Below are positions 9,060 to 18,253 of a stretch of DNA of 64,000 nt, piece after piece. A program made the position numbers and the translations under genes. Position 1 is the first letter of the stretch, and each line of letters starts with the position of its first letter. The notes under the pieces are model-generated. The model saw only the letters and a program-made list of their open reading frames with translations. It was not told the origin of the DNA and did no database searches. Origin of the DNA: Candidatus Levyibacteriota bacterium (lineage in GTDB: Bacteria > Patescibacteriota > Microgenomatia > Levybacterales > UBA12049); contig JBBSGK010000002.1 in the NCBI GenBank assembly GCA_038254115.1, positions 5,589-69,588 on the forward strand, given 5' to 3'.

Positions 9060-11837
9060 ATGGGTACTTTAGAAAAAAGATTAGGATTACGGGAACCATC
9101 TAAACCTGACAAAAGAGGAGCTGGTCATCCATTTGGTGAAGCTTTCACATTACTGGAGAAAGGCCATACCGGAGACTTTAATGCAGAACTCGCCGAGCTT
9201 GCAGCACGCTACAGAAAACCGCTGGAAGTTATTGCAAACATGCCTCCAGGAGTAAATGTGCCAGAAGCGGAAGCAGAACTAAACCTTGTTCTAAATACAT
9301 TAGGTCACGAACTCTTAGGACTCCTTCCTCCAGGTGATTTAGAAGATGTTCCAAGTGAAGAAGTTATTATTGCTCCAGGTACAGATAATAAAAGAAGGGG
9401 ATTAAGAGGGTTATCTCAAGGTAGAAAGCTAGGCACAACTTCGGCTCCTGATAAAAGTCCTAGACTAAAAAGAAAAAGGAAAGGCAAAGCCCAACCACCA
9501 GATGCGCCGGGATTGCCTTCAAAATCTGCACCTGTTGTTGAAGATGCATCTGAAAAGCCTGGACTTTTTACTCGAATAATACCTATTGATGATGAGGATA
9601 TATTTGGAGATCCGGAATCAGATGAAGGACTTTTTGAAAACAGAAGATTTCCAACAGTAACAATAGACGGAAGACAAATTCCTATATTAGGGTCTCCGGA
9701 TGATGACCTTGATCCGGATCATGATAGAATTTTCAAACCAGACACAACTGCTCTCAAAAGGCAGAGCGTTGCGCGCAGTATGGCTGTTGCAATGGCAAGT
9801 TCATTATTGGGTATAGATGTGGATCCTGACGAATTGACTGATGCTACAGAACCAGATCCCAAATCATTATGGTCAGCAAAAGCTGATCTGCACATAGCGG
9901 CAGATGTGATAAGTCCTACTCCACTGGCTGACCGTTGGGATAGCGCTATGGAAGTTTTATCTACCGGAGATCCGGTTACTACGACCCCTGACGAGACGCT
10001 ATTTGCCGGTATAGTGCAGCGTACATATCCCCCGGCAGATACCTCATCCTTGAATCCTGCAACTCATGCCTTAATCGTAGTGAAAGATTTTGCTAGGGAT
10101 AAATCAATTGGAAAAGCTGTGGAAAGTGCAAAACAAATTCTTGAGCTCATGTTGATGAGGTATAAAGAAAAAACAGCTAAAGAACTTGCGCTGCTTATTT
10201 CGGAGCAAAAAGATCCAGCTGTAATGGCGCGAGATGAAGCAATGATAAAAACCCTTATCGCAAGCGATGAAGATTTTTTTGATAAATGGGGAGTGAGTCC
10301 AAGTCATGAAACTTTAGTAGAGTCATTAAGAATCGTCGATGACGCAACAGGATTACTCAGAACTCGACAGCCCGTTGTCCGCGTAGATATACCTGTATTA
10401 GAAACAAAAGAAATAGTACCGGGAAATATACACAGAAGCTTAGCCGCAGCGGTGGCGGCAGTTGCTGCTTTACTTCCAAGTCAAGCAGGCCACCTCTTAG
10501 ATTCAGGTACTTCAAAGCCCAAACCCTCTGCTAAAACCCAATCAGTGGCCGGAGTACCGAAAGAATCAGTGGCCCAGAAAGTTCCTGATAAAGACGTACG
10601 GGCGTTGCCTGTTAATGATCCAGGAGCTTACGGATCAGGTGATAAAACTCACTGCGAAGGTCCGCCTATATCATTTGAGGGTGTAGAAAAAAAGCTTATA
10701 CCTGTTAGCACTCCGGACTTAAAAACTGGTAGACCAGGTGATTGCGTTAAAGCGCCGAGATATATTGTCATACACACGACCGCTTCTCCTGAGCCAACAG
10801 CTGAAGGAATTTATGAATATTTTGCAAGCGGAGCCGGAGGACGCGGTGTTGCATCGCAGTTTGTTATAGGAAATGATGGTCACACGATACAGATGGGGGA
10901 AACTCTAGCTAGCCAAGCCGATAGAATGTACCACGCAGCTTACAATAACGATGGGTCTATCGGTATAGAAATTACTGCTAAAGACATTTATAATAGCAAA
11001 TCGGAGGCGCCGACAGCGCAATATAAACAAACGCTTGCCTTGGTCAGAGCCCTAATGAAATTATATAACATACCGATTGCTGATCCGCAGCATAATTCAA
11101 CCTGGAGAGCTCCATCTAATAAATTCGATGATCCTCCTCCCGGCGTTTACGGTCATTATCAATTAAACCCTGTTAACCCTGACTCAAGAACAGATCCCGG
11201 GGAAGGTTTTTTTAAAGATCTTATTAATGACTTGCAATCACCCGAATCGGTACAGCCTCCGGCAACGGGGCCAGAACACATACCCGCAATCAAAGAACAT
11301 CTGACGCCGCCGAATTTAGATAGCAACGAAAATTCACAAATTAATATACCTTGGCTTTCCAAATCTATTCTTAAATACAAAGATAAAATTATCTCTGAAT
11401 CAGAAAAAAATGATATTAGCCCTGAGTTCGTTGCAATTATTATGGCAATCGAATCTGGAGGAGATTCAAGCGAAGTAAGTACTGCCAATGCAAAGGGCGT
11501 ATTACAAATTATTCCTTCTACAGCTGCCAGTATTGCAAAAGAATTGGGTATGGTAACTTATGATCTGCATAACCCGGATGACAACATAAAAATGGGAGTA
11601 CATTACTTGGGGCAACTGAAAAAATTATTCGGTAAAGAATCTCATGGACCATCATGGGACGAAACGATAAGACTGGTGTCTGCGGGATATAACGGGGGTC
11701 CTGGTGCCGCGAACAATATGAGAGATGGAATTTATACAAATAATGCAGGTCCGTTTCAAGAAACAAAAACTTATGCCGCTATGGCAGTTGAAATGTGGCA
11801 AAACAGACATAATCCTAACTACAAATCCCCACGGTAA
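9060..11837 (+). CDS. 925-aa bifunctional peptidoglycan hydrolase: Amidase_2 (PGRP-type N-acetylmuramoyl-L-alanine amidase) domain plus SLT lytic transglycosylase domain (island gene 6)
   Basis: Amidase_2 segment: YIVIHTTAS...SQFVIGNDG...YHAAYNNDGSIGIEI...GHYQLNPVNPDSRTDPGEGF. SLT segment: FVAIIMAIESGGD (catalytic Glu-Ser)...AKGVLQIIPSTA...SAGYNGGPG. Long acidic/basic N-terminal region with one hydrophobic span. Confidence 0.7.
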   Translation: MGTLEKRLGLREPSKPDKRGAGHPFGEAFTLLEKGHTGDFNAELAELAARYRKPLEVIANMPPGVNVPEAEAELNLVLNTLGHELLGLLPPGDLEDVPSEEVIIAPGTDNKRRGLRGLSQGRKLGTTSAPDKSPRLKRKRKGKAQPPDAPGLPSKSAPVVEDASEKPGLFTRIIPIDDEDIFGDPESDEGLFENRRFPTVTIDGRQIPILGSPDDDLDPDHDRIFKPDTTALKRQSVARSMAVAMASSLLGIDVDPDELTDATEPDPKSLWSAKADLHIAADVISPTPLADRWDSAMEVLSTGDPVTTTPDETLFAGIVQRTYPPADTSSLNPATHALIVVKDFARDKSIGKAVESAKQILELMLMRYKEKTAKELALLISEQKDPAVMARDEAMIKTLIASDEDFFDKWGVSPSHETLVESLRIVDDATGLLRTRQPVVRVDIPVLETKEIVPGNIHRSLAAAVAAVAALLPSQAGHLLDSGTSKPKPSAKTQSVAGVPKESVAQKVPDKDVRALPVNDPGAYGSGDKTHCEGPPISFEGVEKKLIPVSTPDLKTGRPGDCVKAPRYIVIHTTASPEPTAEGIYEYFASGAGGRGVASQFVIGNDGHTIQMGETLASQADRMYHAAYNNDGSIGIEITAKDIYNSKSEAPTAQYKQTLALVRALMKLYNIPIADPQHNSTWRAPSNKFDDPPPGVYGHYQLNPVNPDSRTDPGEGFFKDLINDLQSPESVQPPATGPEHIPAIKEHLTPPNLDSNENSQINIPWLSKSILKYKDKIISESEKNDISPEFVAIIMAIESGGDSSEVSTANAKGVLQIIPSTAASIAKELGMVTYDLHNPDDNIKMGVHYLGQLKKLFGKESHGPSWDETIRLVSAGYNGGPGAANNMRDGIYTNNAGPFQETKTYAAMAVEMWQNRHNPNYKSPR

Positions 11838-11931
11838 GCTTGAGTAAGCCCGTTTAATTTGTATCAGATAGTTTTTAAGAAATTTTTAGATCTATCCCTT
11901 TCATAGCAGTGTTTCCAAGATTTACACATTA

Positions 11932-13464
11932 TTACTTTGAATATGTTTCCTCGTATCCGGGGAAGAAGTCTGCTTTGTATTTGACTCCTAGCTTCTGAAG
12001 CATCTCCTCGTATGCCATGACCATAGGCTGAGGGCCTGAAATATAAAACAATTGAGACGCAGGATCTGGAACGTATTTTTTAATCATTTCCTCATTTAGC
12101 CTGCCCACTTCACCCTTCCAGCCATCAGGCGGATTTTCTGAAATTACGTATACTGTCTTTACCCCATTTTTTTCTGCTTTTTCCAAAAGCTCTTTGTAAG
12201 CGAATTCTGATGGATCGCGGGCTATGTAAAACAAGACTATTGGAAAAGTGAGTTTTTTATCCAGCATGTATCTGATAATGCTTACAAAAGGCGTTATACC
12301 GATTCCGCCGGCGACAAAAACATATTTCGTATCTGTCTCTTTGTCCAGTACAAATTCTCCCTCAAGATTTGTTGCATAAATTGAGTCTCCTGGATTTAAT
12401 TTGTTTAGCGCGCTCTTGAAACTGCTTGCCTTCTCAGGAATTTTAACTGCCAGTTTTACAGTGCTTTCAGTAGGGCTTGAACTGATTGTAAAATATCTTC
12501 TATTTCCGCGTGAGTCTGCATGCGGGTGGGGGAGAGTCCACTCCAAGAATTGGCCGGGTAAAAATGCAAATGACTTAACCGGCTCAAATACAAATTCCCA
12601 GATAGATTTGGCAATTTCTTTTTTGCTCTGCAGGACCAAATCATATTTTTCACTAAATCTGATGATTCTGAAAACCAGATTGGATACAAGCAGGGAAAGT
12701 TCCAGGGTATAAGAAACATTTAAATAATTTGCCAGGAATGTATAGACAAACCCGCAGAATATCCCAAAATATAGCCTTAATTTCCTATCAGCAGGACTTG
12801 TAATCGGCTCAGTGAGCATAACAAAAGTGAAGAAAAGAATTGGAGGAGATAGAAAAGCGCTTTTCAACAAATCCGGCAAACCCGCAATACCTACTGACTG
12901 GAAACTAAATACAGATAGAAAAAATGCGTAACTCAATACAAAACCGACGATCATATTAAACCTTTTCAGCTTGCGGATCATAAGCAATCCTCCAATAGCA
13001 ATAAACGGAAGCATGGTCTTGTCTCCTATCCACCAGCTCGCTCCCTGCCCGATCGCTACGGCTGTCACGGTAACCGCAATAGCTGCGGGATTAAAAATAT
13101 GCTGCTTTTTATACGCGATAAGGTACTTGGATGCCATGGAGATTACTCCGAGTATTGTTAGGAAAACAAGATTTTTGAGTAAAGGAAGAGGGCCTACTAT
13201 CAATGCCAGAATCGTTCCCGTGATAAGCTGTGACTCATAATTGGGTCGTACTTTAAATAGATAAGCAAAGACCTGATTCACAAGATATGAAATAAAAATC
13301 AGATAAAGCCCGGAGGTAAGCAGATCAATATAACTGTAGGGAATGATCTTTATAAAACTAAAAATTATTGCAAGAGAGTAAAGAGCTGTGAGGTAATAAA
13401 GCATCAGACGGTACATCGTTACTTTATTGAGGAGATTATCAAGTGGATTTAAAAACCGGTTCAC
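11932..13464 (-). CDS. Membrane-anchored FNR-type oxidoreductase: N-terminal polytopic domain fused to FAD-binding and NAD(P)-binding domains
   Basis: C-terminal RRYFTISSSP (RxYS FAD motif), GGIGITP (NAD(P)-binding), and a YISGP-type end. N-terminal ~290 aa very hydrophobic (several spans, FNPAAIAV). Confidence 0.6.
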   Translation of the reverse strand: MNRFLNPLDNLLNKVTMYRLMLYYLTALYSLAIIFSFIKIIPYSYIDLLTSGLYLIFISYLVNQVFAYLFKVRPNYESQLITGTILALIVGPLPLLKNLVFLTILGVISMASKYLIAYKKQHIFNPAAIAVTVTAVAIGQGASWWIGDKTMLPFIAIGGLLMIRKLKRFNMIVGFVLSYAFFLSVFSFQSVGIAGLPDLLKSAFLSPPILFFTFVMLTEPITSPADRKLRLYFGIFCGFVYTFLANYLNVSYTLELSLLVSNLVFRIIRFSEKYDLVLQSKKEIAKSIWEFVFEPVKSFAFLPGQFLEWTLPHPHADSRGNRRYFTISSSPTESTVKLAVKIPEKASSFKSALNKLNPGDSIYATNLEGEFVLDKETDTKYVFVAGGIGITPFVSIIRYMLDKKLTFPIVLFYIARDPSEFAYKELLEKAEKNGVKTVYVISENPPDGWKGEVGRLNEEMIKKYVPDPASQLFYISGPQPMVMAYEEMLQKLGVKYKADFFPGYEETYSK

Positions 13465-13471
13465 AACTAAA

Positions 13472-14464
13472 TTATATCACGTTTTTTGCTTCGTAATAAA
13501 CACCTTTTGTCGTACCGAGTTTTTTTACAAACCCCGCATCAGTTAATTTTTTTAGATCATATCGCAGTGTACGCTCATTTACAGCCATAAAACGTCTGCG
13601 TATTTGATCAAAATTGATAATTCTATGATCTTTTATAATATTTAGTATTTCTGTTCTTCTTGGAAGTAAATAATCCTCGTGCACAATTTCTTTCTTATTT
13701 AAAACCAGCTGCTTAGCATTGTCCGCCGTAAAAGCTATTGCCTCAAGCATAAATTCCAAATAACCGGTAACATCTTTTTCAGAATTTTCAAGTACCTGAT
13801 AATAGGTTGACCTATGATTATCCAAATATTCTTCAACTGAGATTAATCCCTTCATCCAATATCCGCCCTGTTTTAAAACAGATTGGATCAGCAATCTACC
13901 GACTCTTCCGTTTCCATCCAAAAAGGGATGTATTTTTTCAAAAGAATAATGAGAAAGGCAAGCGCGGATTGGTATAAATTGCTCCGAAGAACTATTTATG
14001 TATTCGAGAAGAGAATCAATAAGCTTTGGAATAATTGAAGGTGGAGGTGGCATATATATTGCAATACCTGCTGAATTAAAAATGGCGCTCATTTCTTTTC
14101 TGAACACTCCTGAATTAGAACTATTGTCCAAATTGCTCATAATAACTTTATGCCATTTTTTAATATCATTTTTTGTTATTTCTTTTTTATCTGCAATAGA
14201 GAGGGCATTAATTGCTTTGAGAATATTAAAGATCTCAATTTTTTTTATGTCATTTGAAGGTCTTGAATTTAATTCCTCAAGAGTAGTGGGGTTTCCTTCA
14301 ATTCTTGCGGAAAAGAGAGAACTTTTAAGTGAGGATTGACGGCGGATATTAATCTCAACATCCAATGGAATTTCAATTGATTCAATTACTGCCTTGCTTG
14401 CTTCTATTGAGGAAAGGTGTTGAGAAATAATGTTCGTTAATGAATATTTAGTAGGAATAAGCAT
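13472..14464 (-). CDS. Fic family protein (class II, with intramolecular inhibitory motif) plus C-terminal winged-helix
   Basis: Fic active-site motif HPFLDGNGRVGR. Upstream inhibitory SxxxEG motif SARIEGN. C-terminal ERTLRYDLKKLTDAGFVKKLG resembles a wHTH. Confidence 0.8.
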   Translation of the reverse strand: MLIPTKYSLTNIISQHLSSIEASKAVIESIEIPLDVEINIRRQSSLKSSLFSARIEGNPTTLEELNSRPSNDIKKIEIFNILKAINALSIADKKEITKNDIKKWHKVIMSNLDNSSNSGVFRKEMSAIFNSAGIAIYMPPPPSIIPKLIDSLLEYINSSSEQFIPIRACLSHYSFEKIHPFLDGNGRVGRLLIQSVLKQGGYWMKGLISVEEYLDNHRSTYYQVLENSEKDVTGYLEFMLEAIAFTADNAKQLVLNKKEIVHEDYLLPRRTEILNIIKDHRIINFDQIRRRFMAVNERTLRYDLKKLTDAGFVKKLGTTKGVYYEAKNVI

Positions 14465-14517
14465 ATCCTTATATTACCAGATATTGCCTAATGTTGCCAA
14501 ATCTTGCAAGATAGGGC

Positions 14518-15735
14518 TTATTCAACAAACGTAACTGCTGATCCGACTTTTCCGGCGCGTCCAGTTCTTCCAATTCTGTGGACATAATCATCATATGTTG
14601 CAGGTACGTCATAATTTATAACATGGGATACATCGTCAATATCCAGTCCGCGGGAGGCAACATCTGTTGCCAGAAGGACTTGGACTGCGCCTTGTTTGAA
14701 GTCCATTAGTGCACGCTGTCTCTGTCCCTGGGATTTATTGCCATGAATTGCCGTTGCGCGGAATCCACGCTCGAGCAGCATCTTGGTGAGCTTTTCAATA
14801 CCGTATTTGGTGCGTCCAAAAATCATAACCTTGTCATATCCATCCTGCGCCAATAAATCATGCAGCTGATCTACTTTCTGACCGGACTTTACTTTGATAA
14901 TATCCTGATCGATGTTTTCAGACGTTTCAGCTGTTTTGACAGAAACAGTAACAGGATCCTTAACAAACGCAGCTAGAATTTCACGGGTTGATTGATCGAC
15001 AGTTGCTGAGAAAAATAATGATTGCCTGGGGGAGGGAAGAAGAGACACCATGAATTTAATGTCTTTTATAAAACCTATATCAACCATCCGGTCAACTTCA
15101 TCAAGCACTACGTTTCTGAAATTCTGAAGATTTAGGCTTTTTCGCTGAATGAGATCTTTAAGTCTTCCTGGAGTCCCGATCACAAATTGCGGATTCTGAC
15201 GAAGCCTCTGGATCTGGCGGAACATAGATGACCCGCCAATTGAGAGAACAGATGAAATATTCATACCTCTTGAGAAAGCTATCAACTCTTCATTGATTTG
15301 AAAAGCCAGCTCGCGCGTTGGTGTGACGATCAGGAAATGTTCATTTCTATTTTGAATTGCTTTTTCAATAAGCGGAATTAGAAAAGCTGCAGTTTTGCCG
15401 GTACCAGTGTTGGCAATACCAATAACGTCACGTCCTTCGAGAATTGGAAGGATCGTCTGATCCTGAATTTGCGTCGGAATTGTGTAACCCTTATCTATAA
15501 TGTTTTTCTTGAGTGACTCTGAAATTTTGAAATCAACAAATGAGTTAACAGCTACATATGGCACTACCATTCCGGGCTCAGTTGCCTTGCTGACAAAGCG
15601 GTTGATGTCAATTTTCTGGGCATTCTGGTTGTTACGTCCTCCACCTGAAAATCTGTTTCTGAAATTTCCACGCGAATTATTATTGAATTTAGAACGTCCG
15701 TTGGAAGAACGTGAATTTTGAAATTTTCTATACAT
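14518..15735 (-). CDS. DEAD-box ATP-dependent RNA helicase with N-terminal RGG/Asn-rich tail
   Basis: Q-motif region, GTGKTAAF (motif I), PTRELA, DEVD (DEAD variant), SAT, HRIGRTGRAG (motif VI). N-terminus NSRGNFRNRFSGGGRN. Confidence 0.85.
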   Translation of the reverse strand: MYRKFQNSRSSNGRSKFNNNSRGNFRNRFSGGGRNNQNAQKIDINRFVSKATEPGMVVPYVAVNSFVDFKISESLKKNIIDKGYTIPTQIQDQTILPILEGRDVIGIANTGTGKTAAFLIPLIEKAIQNRNEHFLIVTPTRELAFQINEELIAFSRGMNISSVLSIGGSSMFRQIQRLRQNPQFVIGTPGRLKDLIQRKSLNLQNFRNVVLDEVDRMVDIGFIKDIKFMVSLLPSPRQSLFFSATVDQSTREILAAFVKDPVTVSVKTAETSENIDQDIIKVKSGQKVDQLHDLLAQDGYDKVMIFGRTKYGIEKLTKMLLERGFRATAIHGNKSQGQRQRALMDFKQGAVQVLLATDVASRGLDIDDVSHVINYDVPATYDDYVHRIGRTGRAGKVGSAVTFVE

Positions 15736-15892
15736 ATTTATAAATTGAATGTGATGAGTTAAGGCAGAGTGTGTATTTAAGCAATTAGCTCTAACTTGAG
15801 CAATCTAATCTGCTTAAACCTGTGAGGGTTTTGAGTAGGATGCTCTAATCTATTTCAACTGAATGTATTATAGCACAAAGGTACAGGGAATG

Positions 15893-17062
15893 CTACTTTA
15901 GTGAGTGGAATATTTGTTTAGCAGCGCGCTTCACCTCATCATTGCAAACAAAAACTGCAAAAAGCGTCACTATTGGCACTACCAAAATTAGCCCAATGCT
16001 TCCTGAAAGTGTCCTGACAATCTCATCACTTATATCCTCACTGTTTATCATTACCCACAAAGGAAGCTTGAGTGGATTAAGAATGATAAAGAGAAAAAGG
16101 GCAAGAGCCGATCCTGCGTATGCAAGAACCAGGGTGTTAACCATGGATACTACATGTTCGCGCCCGATAGAAAAGCTTTTTCTGAAAAGCTCTCTAAACT
16201 TCAATTTGGTATCAGTCGCTGAGAGCTCAAATACGGCAGCTGCCTGCGTTGTTGTAATATCGTTCAGCGCTCCGAGTGTCCCGATAATTATTCCTCCCAA
16301 GAGCAATCCCTTGACGCTTATATTGCTTGTTGCTCCGAATTGAAGAGAGGATGTTTCTTCGGTAAATCCGCTCAGATGGGTTACATTGACAAACAGAGAT
16401 GATAACCACGCTGTCAACATAAGTGAAATAAAGGTTGCGATAAGAGCAACCGTAGTCTGCTTTGATACCCCATGAGCAAGGTAAGTTGTCAGGAGAAGTA
16501 TTGCAATAGATCCGTAAATACTGATGAGAAGGGGATCGGCTCCATGTAATATAGATGGAATAATATAAAGAAATATTACACTCAAACTTATCGCAAGACC
16601 GATGACAGATCCCAATCCTTTCCATCCGGCAACAGCAATCACAACGAACAAAAACGCCAAAAATATGTATATGATTTCATTAATTCTGTACGAATCATAA
16701 ACTTGATACTGACTTTTTTGCCCGGGAGGCGCGATCTTGGTTAGTACCACCGTTTGACCTTCTTTTACAATTTGTGAGGGGGAGAGAGTTGTGTTTTTCC
16801 CGCTTTCGATTTCAACCGTTTTTCCTTTGTCAGCTCCATCTGATATCTCAACTTTTATTTTTTGATAAACATTTTTTACCCCTTCAACGAGCTTTACATT
16901 TTCATCCTCAACTTTTATTACTTTTGCTTTGACAAACGTTTGCTTTGGGGGAGCTGTGTTTTGCTGAGCGTGAGCGGGGCTTACCGGAATCAGAAAAATT
17001 AGCGACAACAGCATGGCGCAAAGTCCACGGACAATCATTTTCATTTTTAGATTATACCTCAA
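15893..17062 (-). CDS. YibE/F-like polytopic membrane protein with N-terminal signal peptide and extracytoplasmic domain
   Basis: Signal peptide MKMIVRGLCAMLLSLIFLIPVSPAHA, ~130-aa soluble domain, then about 8 hydrophobic spans with Gly-rich loops as in the YibE/F family. Confidence 0.45.
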   Translation of the reverse strand: MRYNLKMKMIVRGLCAMLLSLIFLIPVSPAHAQQNTAPPKQTFVKAKVIKVEDENVKLVEGVKNVYQKIKVEISDGADKGKTVEIESGKNTTLSPSQIVKEGQTVVLTKIAPPGQKSQYQVYDSYRINEIIYIFLAFLFVVIAVAGWKGLGSVIGLAISLSVIFLYIIPSILHGADPLLISIYGSIAILLLTTYLAHGVSKQTTVALIATFISLMLTAWLSSLFVNVTHLSGFTEETSSLQFGATSNISVKGLLLGGIIIGTLGALNDITTTQAAAVFELSATDTKLKFRELFRKSFSIGREHVVSMVNTLVLAYAGSALALFLFIILNPLKLPLWVMINSEDISDEIVRTLSGSIGLILVVPIVTLFAVFVCNDEVKRAAKQIFHSLK

Positions 17063-17072
17063 GAAATGCGTA

Positions 17073-17102
17073 TTGACAAATGCAATTGAGTTGCATTATA
17101 CT
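17073..17102 (+). promoter_or_regulatory. Promoter of zur-zupT (TTGACA-N17/18-TATACT) overlapped by a 7-5-7 inverted repeat AATGCAA-TTGAG-TTGCATT (candidate Zur box)
   Basis: Read directly: ttgacaaatgcaattgagttgcattatact, ending 6 nt before the ATG at 17109. Confidence 0.5.
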
Positions 17103-17108
17103 TGTGCC

Positions 17109-17522
17109 ATGGCAAATCAAAATTTTACAATGTTGTTAAACAAACATGACCTAAAAACAACTCAAGCTCGCGTTTCGCTTCTTAGGTTAATTGAAAAAGA
17201 GAAGAGCCCTGTTGACTCGCAATTTTTGATTGATAAATTGCAAAGCGCATTCAGCGTGGATAAGGTTACTGTTTTTAGAATTCTGAATGTATTGACTGAA
17301 CATGGTATTTTGAGAAAACTGGAATTCGGGGAAAATAAAGCGCGTTATGAATTAAATAACGAAGACCATCACCATCTGATTTGTCAGAACTGTGGAAAAA
17401 TTGAAGATATATCTGATTGCAACATAAGCGCTCTTGAGAAAGAAATCAAAACCAAAAAAAACTTTCTAGTTAAGCTTCACACTTTAGAATTTTACGGATT
17501 ATGCGCTGACTGCCAAAAATAA
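17109..17522 (+). CDS. zur: Fur-family metalloregulator, probably Zur
   Basis: MANQNFTMLLNKHDLKTTQARVSLLRLIE... DNA-binding helix. HHHLICQNCGKIEDI...GLCADCQK metal sites (HHH, CxxC...CxxC). Followed with a 1-nt overlap by a ZIP transporter. I prefer the second ATG of the ORF because the upstream ORF ends at 17062 and a promoter lies at 17073-17102. Confidence 0.75.
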   Translation: MANQNFTMLLNKHDLKTTQARVSLLRLIEKEKSPVDSQFLIDKLQSAFSVDKVTVFRILNVLTEHGILRKLEFGENKARYELNNEDHHHLICQNCGKIEDISDCNISALEKEIKTKKNFLVKLHTLEFYGLCADCQK

Positions 17523-18253
17523 TGGAAGCTTTAATTTTATCTTTTTTTGCATTTATCTCGACAACTCTTGGCGGGTTTGTCGGCCTTCGTAATAAATCAC
17601 GTCTTCACCTCATTATGAGTTTCACAGCAGGAGTGTTACTGGCAGTTTGTTTCTTTGATATTCTCCCTGAGATGTTCAACATTACTACAAAAAATAATTT
17701 AGATATAACTTTCGGTCTTGTGGCAATTGTCACAGGTTTTTTACTTATTCATGTCCTCGAAAAGTCTGCTCTAATTCATCACTCACATGAACACGAATAC
17801 GCGACTCACACCCACAAACACCCAACTGTTGGGCGAATTGGAGCAGGGGGTCTTGCATTCCACAGCTTGCTTGATGGAGTGGGAATTGGGCTTGGATACC
17901 ATGTAAATCCGCACGTAGGACTTCTAATCGCTATTGCCGTGATAGCTCATGATTTTTCAGATGGACTCAATACTGTGACTATAATGCTTACTCACAAAAA
18001 CACCCAGAAAAAAGCTATTATTTTCCTCTTAATTGATGCTGTTACTCCAATTATTGGAGTTCTTTCGACGTATTTATTTACAATTCCTACAAGTATTCTG
18101 CAACTATACCTGGGCTTTTTTGCAGGATTTCTTCTCTATATAGGAGCAAGCGATTTACTGCCCGAGGCGCACAGCGAACACAGCTCATATAGGATGATTG
18201 GACTTACAATTGTGGGAGTAGTATTTATTTTTGTGGTGACGCGTTTTACCTAG
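17522..18253 (+). CDS. zupT: ZIP-family divalent metal (zinc) transporter ZupT-like
   Basis: HSLLDGVGIGLGY, AIAVIAHDFSDGLNT and GASDLLPEAH are ZIP signature helices with His/Asp ligands. 8 predicted spans. Confidence 0.8.
   Translation: MEALILSFFAFISTTLGGFVGLRNKSRLHLIMSFTAGVLLAVCFFDILPEMFNITTKNNLDITFGLVAIVTGFLLIHVLEKSALIHHSHEHEYATHTHKHPTVGRIGAGGLAFHSLLDGVGIGLGYHVNPHVGLLIAIAVIAHDFSDGLNTVTIMLTHKNTQKKAIIFLLIDAVTPIIGVLSTYLFTIPTSILQLYLGFFAGFLLYIGASDLLPEAHSEHSSYRMIGLTIVGVVFIFVVTRFT

Noticed and set aside
15942-16625. ORFs 15942-16343 (+) and 16227-16625 (-)
   Set aside because: They are contained within the YibE/F-like membrane protein gene and show no domain signal.
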